Positions 56,113-64,000 of a stretch of 64,000 bases of DNA are shown one piece after another. Source of the DNA: Thermoplasmata archaeon (GTDB lineage: Archaea; Thermoplasmatota; Thermoplasmata; Lutacidiplasmatales; UBA184); the NCBI GenBank assembly GCA_022750115.1, contig JAKIWI010000001.1, forward strand, positions 222,419 to 286,418, written 5' to 3'. The position numbers were made by a program, and so were the translations under genes. The first letter of the stretch is position 1; every line of letters starts with the position of its first letter. The notes below the pieces were generated by a model. That model ran no database searches. It was given only the letters and a program-made list of their open reading frames with translations, and was not told the origin of the DNA.

Positions 56113-58170
56113 TCAGGCAAACGTTCCCGTGATCGTACCAGCCCCGTTGATGGTCGCGTAGGTGGACGCGGCCGTCGTCGAGGTGAGCGTGAGCGTGCCC
56201 GTGCTGGCCACCTGGCTCCATCCGGTGAACGAGACGCTCGTTCCGTTGGACGCCATGAGTGGTACCTCAATCCCCGCGTAGTACCACGCGAGACCCGAGG
56301 GGTTCGTCGAACCACCGACGGTGCCGCCGGCCACGAAGTTCACCTGGAACTGCTCCGCATACACGACGGCCTGGTAGTTCTGCAACGGCATCGTGATCGA
56401 CCCCCCTGAGACAAGGGTGTTCCACTGGATCCCTGCGCCACCGGTCATCGCGGTGGACGCGCCCCAGCTGGTGTAGCCGTCCGGAACGCCCGTGATGTTG
56501 ATGTACGGAGTGTTCGACCAGTAGCTCTGCGACCCGATCGTCGCGCCCCACGTGGTCCCACCGGGGAGACCGTACTCGAAGAAGTGCATCGTGTGCACCA
56601 TCGGCGCGAAGTTCGCGGTCAGGGTCGCCGGGCCGTTGACCGTGAATGCGGTGGACGCCTTCACGGCCGAGGTCAGGCTGAGGTTGGCGCCCGCCGACCA
56701 CGACGAGAACTTGGTCGCCTGGACCGTCTCCGCGGTGATCGCGTTCTGGGAGCCGGCGGGGAACCAAGCGGTCGAGATCGAGGTGGTGCCCCCCCCGTAG
56801 GTGGGGTTCGTCAGGATCGTCACGAGGTACTCCTTCTGGTAGACGATGGTGTACGAGGAGGTCTGACCGAGGTACCAGTAGGTTCCCGTGTTCGGCGCGA
56901 CCGGATAGTACTGCACCCCGAACTGGCTCGAGCCGATCCCCGAGAACGGAGCCCAGCTCTGGGCCGCCGTCTGTCCCGTGATCGTGAGGGACGTCGCCGT
57001 CGTGGAGTGGATCACGCCGCCGAAGGTGATGCCCCAGCCGGTGCCGGTCGGAAGGCCGAGCTGCGTGAACGTCACGGAGCACGTCGTGCACGGCGTTCCC
57101 GCGACGAACTTGGCCGTGAGGGTTCCGGACCCGCTGACGGTGGTGTTCGTGCCCGCGACCGTCTTGCTCCCGACCCCGAAGGCCGAGGACGGGGCGGTGA
57201 TCCAGGTCGAGAACACCCAGCTCGCGGTGTTCAGGGCCGTGATCGGGAGGTTCGTCCCGTTCGTGACCCAAACGCTCCCGACGCCGGGGCTCGTGGTGCC
57301 GGAGGAGGACGGGTTGGTGCCGAACGCGACGCTGAACTGCTTGACGAATACGATGTCCTGCGTGAGCTGGGTGGGGACGGACATCGACAGCGGCCCGGCC
57401 GGCATCGGCGTGTACTGCACGCCGGACCCGACCGAGACGGGCGCGACCGTCCAGGAGTAGCCGCCCGGAGCTTGGTTGCCGGTCGAGATCGTCGCCGTCG
57501 TGCCGAGATGCGAGGTTCCGCCGAACACGACCGACCACGGCTTCGCCGCGGGCAGCCCGACCTCGGTGAAGCTCGTCGCGAACTTCGTGGCAGTGAAGTG
57601 GGAGGTGACCGTGCCCGTCGCCGTGATCGTCATGGCGGTCGAGTCGAACAGCGTGTTCGTGAACGTGAGCGCCGCGGCGGGCGTCGCCCCCCAGTTGTGG
57701 AAGGTGTAGCCGAACGTCGCCGACGCTTGGATGGGGATGGTGGAGCCGGCGTTGTACCAGCCGGTTCCCGGGGAGTTGGTCCCCGAGCTGACGGGCGTAA
57801 CGCCGAAGTTGACCATGTACTGCTTCGTGTAGGCGACCGTCACATGCAACTGGTTCGGCACCGTGAGGTAGCCGTAGGCGATGTAGGGGACGTAGCGGGT
57901 CGTCGAGGCGGTCCCGCTGACGGGGTTCGCGATCGAGTAGCTGTAGGAGTTCGCCGAGACTCCGGTGAAGGTCAGCGTGCTCGTCGTCCCCGTGTTCAGG
58001 ACGCTGTTGAACGTCGTGCTCCACGAAGTGCCCGCGGGAAGTCCGGTCTCGGAGAAGGCGACGGAGTACGTCGTCGCCGACGACCCGATCCCCGTCCCGA
58101 GGTTCCCGATCATGACCGCGCAAATCGCCAAGGCCCCAAAGGCCGCCCACGTCCGCCAGCTTCGTGTCAT
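56113..58170 (-). CDS. Secreted repeat protein (alternating thermopsin-C-like and InlB/Flg_new-like beta-grasp repeats), no TM anchor
   Basis: Four F.E.GLP.G..W and four G.T..G..WY..G..I.I.A....F..W units; signal peptide. Confidence 0.8.
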   Translation of the reverse strand: MTRSWRTWAAFGALAICAVMIGNLGTGIGSSATTYSVAFSETGLPAGTSWSTTFNSVLNTGTTSTLTFTGVSANSYSYSIANPVSGTASTTRYVPYIAYGYLTVPNQLHVTVAYTKQYMVNFGVTPVSSGTNSPGTGWYNAGSTIPIQASATFGYTFHNWGATPAAALTFTNTLFDSTAMTITATGTVTSHFTATKFATSFTEVGLPAAKPWSVVFGGTSHLGTTATISTGNQAPGGYSWTVAPVSVGSGVQYTPMPAGPLSMSVPTQLTQDIVFVKQFSVAFGTNPSSSGTTSPGVGSVWVTNGTNLPITALNTASWVFSTWITAPSSAFGVGSKTVAGTNTTVSGSGTLTAKFVAGTPCTTCSVTFTQLGLPTGTGWGITFGGVIHSTTATSLTITGQTAAQSWAPFSGIGSSQFGVQYYPVAPNTGTYWYLGQTSSYTIVYQKEYLVTILTNPTYGGGTTSISTAWFPAGSQNAITAETVQATKFSSWSAGANLSLTSAVKASTAFTVNGPATLTANFAPMVHTMHFFEYGLPGGTTWGATIGSQSYWSNTPYINITGVPDGYTSWGASTAMTGGAGIQWNTLVSGGSITMPLQNYQAVVYAEQFQVNFVAGGTVGGSTNPSGLAWYYAGIEVPLMASNGTSVSFTGWSQVASTGTLTLTSTTAASTYATINGAGTITGTFA

Positions 58171-58311
58171 CGTAGTTCCCAACGCCCCCCGGTGCCGACC
58201 GAGCGAGCAACGCCGTGTGGGGTCGCGCCTACTTCAAGGGCATGAGCCGGCCGCGTGACTATTATGAGGCGGTCCCAGCATTCGTCGCCGCTCCGACGAA
58301 GGAACGAACGA

Positions 58312-59244
58312 ATGAATCCACCCATCGGGCCAGTCGGGATCGCCGCGTCGGTTCGACTGCTCCTCGAGCTCGATCGCTCGCTGTCCCCCTCGGACCGCAA
58401 GCTCCTCGAGGTGCTGATGCTGCGGCCGGGGCCCACGAGCGCTCGCGAGCTCAGTCGGCGGGCGGGCACGAACCTGCAAGCCCTCTACGGGGCCCTCGAC
58501 CGGATGGAAGCCCGCGGGTTCGTCGTTCGCCAGCGGGCCGGCTCGTCAACCTCGTTCCGGTCGTCCCACCCGTCGGTGATCCTGCACGCGCTCGTCGAGC
58601 CAGGCCGAAAGGCCGCCGCCCTGGCCGGCGAGCTCGAGCAACCGCTCGCCCGACTCTACGCCTCGGGAGGCCTCGAAGAGTCGATCGCCGCTCCCCAACC
58701 GGCGTCGACCACGAGTTCCCCGGCCGCCGCGGCGAGCTGGTTGATGGACCTCGTGGGCGGCGCGGTCCGCGAGATCTGGTTCCTGGGCAACGAGACCCCG
58801 TGGTTCGACCCGGCCCCCGCCCTCGAGGGCGAAATTGCGAAACGGCAAGGCGCCCCCCACGCCGTGAACGTGCGGCTTCTCGTCCCGCCGCCCGAACCGG
58901 ACGGGGATCGCGCCCCCCAGCACGCGCGACTCGAGCGGGCCGGCGCGACGGTTCGGTACTCGGCGCAGTTCGCGGCGCCCACCGTGATCGTGGATCGACG
59001 CTGGCTCATGTTGCGGAGCGGGACCTCGGGTGGCGCGCGCACGGGTTCCCCGGTCTACGTGCGGATCGATTCACCGGACCTCTGCCGTGACCTGTTGAAC
59101 GCAGGGGAGGCGGCTTGGGAGCAATCGAAGAACGGCGGCTCGCCGGCCGGGCTCTCGCTCCGGGCGCCGGAAACGGCGCGACGTCGCCGTGCCGCGCCTC
59201 CCCCCGCCCCCGACCGGCTCAGCGGGCGAACACCCCTTCGCTAG
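58312..59244 (+). CDS. TrmB-family transcriptional regulator
   Basis: GPTSARELSRRAG...LYGALDRMEARGFV wHTH, followed by a PLD-like effector domain (AVREIW, VRLL, IVDRR). Confidence 0.85.
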   Translation: MNPPIGPVGIAASVRLLLELDRSLSPSDRKLLEVLMLRPGPTSARELSRRAGTNLQALYGALDRMEARGFVVRQRAGSSTSFRSSHPSVILHALVEPGRKAAALAGELEQPLARLYASGGLEESIAAPQPASTTSSPAAAASWLMDLVGGAVREIWFLGNETPWFDPAPALEGEIAKRQGAPHAVNVRLLVPPPEPDGDRAPQHARLERAGATVRYSAQFAAPTVIVDRRWLMLRSGTSGGARTGSPVYVRIDSPDLCRDLLNAGEAAWEQSKNGGSPAGLSLRAPETARRRRAAPPPAPDRLSGRTPLR

Positions 59245-59337
59245 GGCATTCGAATCCCCCGAAGGCGGTGCCTCGCCGTCGGCGGCGAGCCGTTGGGACG
59301 CAGGAAACGGTTGGCTCTCTTCCAGAACAGGCCCCGC

Positions 59338-61851
59338 TCAGGAGAAAGTGACCGACACCGCGTTCGGGCCGCCCGCGACCTTCACCGCGCCAATCGTCGG
59401 GGTCGCCGTGAAGCCCGTGACGTGTCCGACCGAGAACGCGTAGAGCCCGTTCGGCTCCCAGAACGTCATCGAGTTCGACGTCGCCGTCTGAGTGTAGCCG
59501 TTGATCGTCACCGACCAGGGCGTCAGGGGCGTGAGCCCCGTCTCGGTGAACACGATGCGGTGCAGGCTGAACGTCAGCAGCGGCTGGTCGTCGCCCCCGA
59601 CGAGGATCCCGCCGGCCTCATTGTATGGCCGAACGCCGTACGGGTTGCTGGCGCTCCCGTAGTCCGCCCACCAGTTGCCCGACTGGAAGCCGAGCCCGAG
59701 GATGCTCCCGGTCAGGCCCCAGCCGTTCACGGTCCGCGTGTTCGTGGCGACCTGCGGCGTGACGTTCCACCGGTCGGTCGGGACCTGCGGAGCGCCGGTG
59801 TAGAGGTTGAACGGCGGCGTGACGGCCGTGACCGGCGTGCCGAATGCATTGTTGTAGATTAGGTCGCCCGAGTTGAACTCCTCGAACCCCTGCGGGGCGG
59901 AGCCGAACTGGATCTCGCCCGGATTCGCCGCCGTCGTCGTCGCGGGGGTGAACGTGTTGCCCCAGACGACGTTGCCGGTGCCGCCGGACAGGATCAGCCC
60001 GAGGCTCTGCACCTGGAACGTGTTCGCGGCGACCAAGCTGTTGCTGGTGTTCCAGAACAAGACGCTCGACATGAACGAGTTGCCCGAGAACGCCCAACCC
60101 GTCAACTGGTGGTTGTTGACCACCGAGATGTGGGTGTCGTCCAGGAACTGGAGCTCGAGGTTGTTCGAGAACGGCGTCCCGAACTGGGAGCTGAACGCCG
60201 CCTCGACGGGGAGCGTGTAGTGGACGTTGAAGTCCGGGAGGCCGCCCGCCGTTACGTAGGCGTTCGAGTTCGCGATGAACACTCCGGGGAACACGGGGTA
60301 GTAGAAGTCGTTGAACTCGCCGAACAGCGAGCTCACCGCTCCCACCGAGTTCGAGTCGAGCACGTACGGGTTCGCGAGCGTCCCGGTCCCGCCCGACGAG
60401 ATTGCCGCGAGCTGCGAGCTGTCCCACGCCCAGAGGGGCGTGTAGACCCCGAGCGCGGTGTTGGCCGGCAGCGTGACCGTCGAGCTCGTCGTCGAGGAGA
60501 CAGTCGTCGTGCTCGGCGAGTGGTCCGCCAGCAGGAACTTGAACGAGTACGTGTGCGGGGAGAGGTCGTAGGTCGCGACCCCGCTCGGGGGCACCGGCGC
60601 CCACGCCGCGGTGTTCTCGTCGAAGCTGCTTCCCTGGTTCGCGAACACGAACGCGTTCGAGGGCGTCAGGGTGAACGTCTCCTTGATGAAGCCGGACGCG
60701 GCGCCGACGAGTCCCCAGAGCGGCTGGAGGAGCGAGGGGCCCGGTCCGAGCATCGCGAGGGGGCTCGAGCCGCCGTTGGTCCACTCGGCGATCCCTTCGG
60801 AGGTTTCGCCCGTGTCGGTCCCGAAGCTCGAGCCCGCAGGGACCGCCGTGAACGTCGCGGAGCCGTTCGCGCGCGTCCAGAGACCCATGCTGCCGTCGAT
60901 CCCGAACAGCGAAGTCGTCGATCCGCCACCGGGCCCGCCGAGCATGATCTCCGCGTCGTTGATCAGGCCGATCGGGTTGGTGCTCTGACCGTCGATCTGG
61001 AACGTCGGCATGGCGGCCGGACGCACCGGGTGCGCCGCCGAGTTGAACTCGACCTGGTCGAAGGAGCCGGAGATAACGGTCCCGTTCGACGTCGTGATCG
61101 AGTAGTTGAAGAAGACCGTGGGGCGGAGGTTCACAACGCTCGCGTTGTTGTAGAGGCGGATCGTGAACGGCGTCGGCATGTGCCAGCTCGGGCCGACGTC
61201 GTAGTAGAAGACGCCCGGGACAACCTGTCCAGCGTAGCTGTGGAGCGTGCTCGTCTGCATCCCCGCGCCCGGCGAGGAGAAGTTCCAGATGTTGTCCTCA
61301 ATGCCGAGGGTTTGGCTCGCGGCGAAGTAGATCGGAACGTTCTGGATCCAGTACTGGCCCGACGTGTTGCCGAGGACCGTCGTGTGGGTGAGCACGGTGT
61401 TCAGTTGAAGGGTGAAGATATCGGGGGACGACGAGGCGAGGTAGAGCGGGTTCACGCTGTTCAGCGTGACCGCGCCCTCGATGCTCGGGAAGTACGTCGT
61501 GGTGCCGACGTTCGCTCCGTGCACCTTTTGGACCCCGAAGTACCCGAGGCCCATCGGCGCCGGTGCGGCGGTATAGAGTGGCGAAACGACTCCGTTCGTT
61601 GCTGGCGGAGCTTGACGAGAGTTCGGGAGGAAGATGTCGGTGGCCGGGATGTGTCGGAGCTTGGCGGCCGCGAGCGCCTTGGCGTCGAGGGCGGCGGTCG
61701 GACTTCCGGCGAAGGAGGCATGTCCCCGAACCGGGGCACCCATCGAAACGAGGTGGGTCGAACTCGCGCCTCCGACGAAGAACGCCGGGACGAGCATCAG
61801 AGCGGCAATCGCGACGACCAACAGTCCGGCACCTTGCAACCAACGCGTCAT
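59338..61851 (-). CDS. Thermopsin (peptidase A5) with a beta-helix region and C-terminal repeat
   Basis: APMGL..FG, LQLN, YWIQN, DNIWNFS, DAE..LGGPGGG, FGTDTGET. TTTATAG about 27 nt upstream. Confidence 0.9.
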   Translation of the reverse strand: MTRWLQGAGLLVVAIAALMLVPAFFVGGASSTHLVSMGAPVRGHASFAGSPTAALDAKALAAAKLRHIPATDIFLPNSRQAPPATNGVVSPLYTAAPAPMGLGYFGVQKVHGANVGTTTYFPSIEGAVTLNSVNPLYLASSSPDIFTLQLNTVLTHTTVLGNTSGQYWIQNVPIYFAASQTLGIEDNIWNFSSPGAGMQTSTLHSYAGQVVPGVFYYDVGPSWHMPTPFTIRLYNNASVVNLRPTVFFNYSITTSNGTVISGSFDQVEFNSAAHPVRPAAMPTFQIDGQSTNPIGLINDAEIMLGGPGGGSTTSLFGIDGSMGLWTRANGSATFTAVPAGSSFGTDTGETSEGIAEWTNGGSSPLAMLGPGPSLLQPLWGLVGAASGFIKETFTLTPSNAFVFANQGSSFDENTAAWAPVPPSGVATYDLSPHTYSFKFLLADHSPSTTTVSSTTSSTVTLPANTALGVYTPLWAWDSSQLAAISSGGTGTLANPYVLDSNSVGAVSSLFGEFNDFYYPVFPGVFIANSNAYVTAGGLPDFNVHYTLPVEAAFSSQFGTPFSNNLELQFLDDTHISVVNNHQLTGWAFSGNSFMSSVLFWNTSNSLVAANTFQVQSLGLILSGGTGNVVWGNTFTPATTTAANPGEIQFGSAPQGFEEFNSGDLIYNNAFGTPVTAVTPPFNLYTGAPQVPTDRWNVTPQVATNTRTVNGWGLTGSILGLGFQSGNWWADYGSASNPYGVRPYNEAGGILVGGDDQPLLTFSLHRIVFTETGLTPLTPWSVTINGYTQTATSNSMTFWEPNGLYAFSVGHVTGFTATPTIGAVKVAGGPNAVSVTFS

Positions 61852-61996
61852 GGCTTTCGGCGGGACGTATAACCGCGCTATAAACCCTGTTGAATGCGCT
61901 GGGTCGAGAGAACATCGGCGCGGCTTCGTCGTGCGTTTCGACGCCCGGATCGTCGCACCGGTCGCCCGGCACCTCGCCGGAGGTGAGGGCCGGTTC

Positions 61997-62842
61997 TCAC
62001 GCGGTCGCGGATGGATCTTGGATCCAGTTCGCGATGGTCGCCCGCAACTGACCGGCCTCGGGTTCGTGCAGGAGGTCGTGGAAGGCGCCGGGGACGGTGA
62101 CCAGGCGACGGTGAGCCGACCCCACCAATCCGACGAACGATGCACTTCCGGACGGGTCGGTGATTCGGTCGCCGGTTCCGTGGAGGACCAACAGCGGAGA
62201 CGAGAGCCTCGCGGCGTCGGCGAGGATCGTGGGCATCGTACGGAGAAGTTCCGCCGCGGTCCGGGCCGGAACGGGGCGCTGGTCGATGAGGGGATCGTTG
62301 GCCATCGCCTCGAGCACGGCGGGGATCCGGGAGAATCCCGCGATCTCGGGGCGGAACACGCGGGCCCGCGGCGCGATGGCCGAAAGAAACCGAACGATGA
62401 CGGCGGCCGCCTTCGGCGTTGTCGCTGGCTCCCGAAGGGCGGGGGCGCTCAGGACGAGGCCGGCCAGCTCGCCCGAACGGTCGAGGGCGTACCGGGCCGC
62501 GACCGCACCGCCGAGGCTGTGCCCGAACAGGAACACCGGCCGATCCGGGAACCGAAGCCGCACGGCCTCAATCTCCGCGCCCAGGTCGCTTCCATAGTCG
62601 GAGAAACGCCGAACGAACGCCCTCGGGCCGTCGGACCGCCCGTGTCCGCGAAGGTCGAAGGCGGCGACGGCGGTCCCGCCGGTCGTCAGGACCTCGGCGA
62701 GCTCGCCGTAGCGGCCCCCGTGGTCCTTCAGGCCATGCACCAGGACGAACGATCGCTGGACGTCCCCCGGGGGCACCCACAGGCGGCCTCGGAGGGCGAC
62801 CCCGCCCGGGCCGGCCACGGCCCAGTCTTCCGGGTTCGCCAT
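61997..62842 (-). CDS. Alpha/beta hydrolase (lysophospholipase/monoacylglycerol lipase family)
   Basis: VHGL.DH.GRY, DLRGHGRS, GHSLGG, HGTGD, AFHDLLHEP. Confidence 0.92.
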   Translation of the reverse strand: MANPEDWAVAGPGGVALRGRLWVPPGDVQRSFVLVHGLKDHGGRYGELAEVLTTGGTAVAAFDLRGHGRSDGPRAFVRRFSDYGSDLGAEIEAVRLRFPDRPVFLFGHSLGGAVAARYALDRSGELAGLVLSAPALREPATTPKAAAVIVRFLSAIAPRARVFRPEIAGFSRIPAVLEAMANDPLIDQRPVPARTAAELLRTMPTILADAARLSSPLLVLHGTGDRITDPSGSASFVGLVGSAHRRLVTVPGAFHDLLHEPEAGQLRATIANWIQDPSATA

Positions 62843-62961
62843 GCCGCCCCGACCGAAGGGAGGGCTGAAAGCGTACGGCCCTCCGGACCGGCGGCGGCCG
62901 GACCGATCCGACGATCCGGGCGGGGACGTCGATATAGGATGCCGCGCCCTGGCGACTTCGG

Positions 62962-63339
62962 ATGGCAGAAATCGCGTCCCCCGGCTGGCGAAAGCTGACC
63001 CGCGCCGAGGAGGCCGTCATCGTGCACCGTGGAACGGAGCGACCGGGCTCCGGCGAGTACGAGCACAGCACCACGCGCGGGGTCTACCGATGCAAGCGGT
63101 GCAACGCCGAGCTGTACCGCTCCGACACCAAATTCGACTCGGGTTGCGGCTGGCCGAGCTTCGACGACGCCGTCCCGGGCGCGGTCGACCGACTGGCGGA
63201 TCCGGACGGCGAGCGCGTGGAGATCCGCTGCCACGCCTGCGGGGCGCACCTCGGTCACGTTTTCGAGGGCGAGCGCATGACGCCGAAGAACGTCCGCCAC
63301 TGCGTCAACTCGATCTCGCTGACACTCGAGCCGAAGTAA
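62962..63339 (+). CDS. msrB: Methionine-R-sulfoxide reductase
   Basis: GTERP, CKRC, KFDSGCGWPSF, CHACGAHLGHVF, RHCVNS. Confidence 0.95.
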   Translation: MAEIASPGWRKLTRAEEAVIVHRGTERPGSGEYEHSTTRGVYRCKRCNAELYRSDTKFDSGCGWPSFDDAVPGAVDRLADPDGERVEIRCHACGAHLGHVFEGERMTPKNVRHCVNSISLTLEPK

Positions 63340-63366
63340 TCCGCCCCGGCGGCGCAGGCCGCGGGA

Positions 63367-64000
63367 TCACTCGGCCGGGACGACCGGAGGCGCGGGGTCG
63401 GAGAGGACGTTCTTCGGCATCCGCCCTTGGAGGAACAGCGAGAGCACGAGCGCGACGACCGCGAGAGCGAGCATGACGGTGAACAGGTTCGCGTACGACG
63501 CGGAGAGCTCGCTCAGCACGCTGGTGTGGTAGGACCCCAGGATCGGCACGCAGCTGCCCGGCGGGGGGACGACGGCGCACGCCGCCGGGGGAGCGGCGGG
63601 CGCCGTGAGCTGGTAGCGCCAGTTCTGGTAGGAGGCGAACACCGAAAGTCCGATCGAGGCGCCGAGCGTCCCGAGGAACTGGACGAGCCCGGTCGCCGCC
63701 CCGACGTCCTTCGGCGGTACGCGGTACTGGACCATGAGGGTGGACGGGCCGAGCGAGAGCCCCAGTCCAACGCCGATCGGGATCAGCGGGAGCACGATCC
63801 CACCCGTCGGGAGGAATCCGAACGCGAACTTCCACACGGGGGTCGTCGAAGTGACGGAGGTGAGCCCGAACATCCCGAGCACGATGAGCGCCATTCCCGC
63901 CCCCACGAGGGGGCGGTAGGGCACGCGCGTGACGAGCTGTCCACCGAACACCGAGCCGAGGATCATCGGGATCACGAGGAACCAGAGGACGTCGCGCACC
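63367..64000 (-). CDS. MFS transporter (DHA2-like), C-terminal part; 5' end lies outside the window
   Basis: Hydrophobic helices, G.GLGL.LGP, DVGAATG...F...LGASIG. Confidence 0.8.
   Translation of the reverse strand, partial: VRDVLWFLVIPMILGSVFGGQLVTRVPYRPLVGAGMALIVLGMFGLTSVTSTTPVWKFAFGFLPTGGIVLPLIPIGVGLGLSLGPSTLMVQYRVPPKDVGAATGLVQFLGTLGASIGLSVFASYQNWRYQLTAPAAPPAACAVVPPPGSCVPILGSYHTSVLSELSASYANLFTVMLALAVVALVLSLFLQGRMPKNVLSDPAPPVVPAE

Noticed and set aside
1-64000. Hundreds of long overlapping Arg/Pro/Gly-rich ORFs in alternative frames (e.g. 447-2501 -, 5778-8120 -, 13851-16436 -, 41370-43475 -)
   Set aside because: These are shadow ORFs expected at this GC content. They have no motifs, and each overlaps a better-supported gene.

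Overview
This is a very GC-rich archaeal chromosomal window, most consistent with a soil or acid-habitat member of the Thermoplasmatota. The evidence is thermopsin, an Hjc resolvase, tandem KaiC/RAD55-like ATPases, a thiolase-DUF35 pair, a TrmB regulator, tRNAs without encoded CCA, and TTTATC/TTTATA boxes about 25-28 nt upstream of many starts. It holds about 55 CDS (housekeeping and metabolic genes plus many kelch, PKD and YVTN surface proteins) and two tRNAs. I found no CRISPR array, transposase or integrase. Highlights: (1) two paralogous loci pair a membrane-anchored surface protein carrying a shared cytoplasmic RRxRxEGxx[IL]Vx[EQ]L tail with a membrane-tethered winged-helix regulator, a candidate undescribed transmembrane signalling system; (2) a minus-strand tRNA-Ser(GCT) has a 31-nt intron in the T-loop (59/60) with a near-canonical BHB motif; (3) a wHTH plus MCM-like AAA+ ATPase sits head-to-head with hjc; (4) an SPFH/zinc-ribbon operon follows a giant TPR protein ending in a RING-like finger; (5) several enzymes appear to lack catalytic residues, and several genes seem to need non-canonical start codons. 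All family calls come from recognising motifs by eye, not from database searches.
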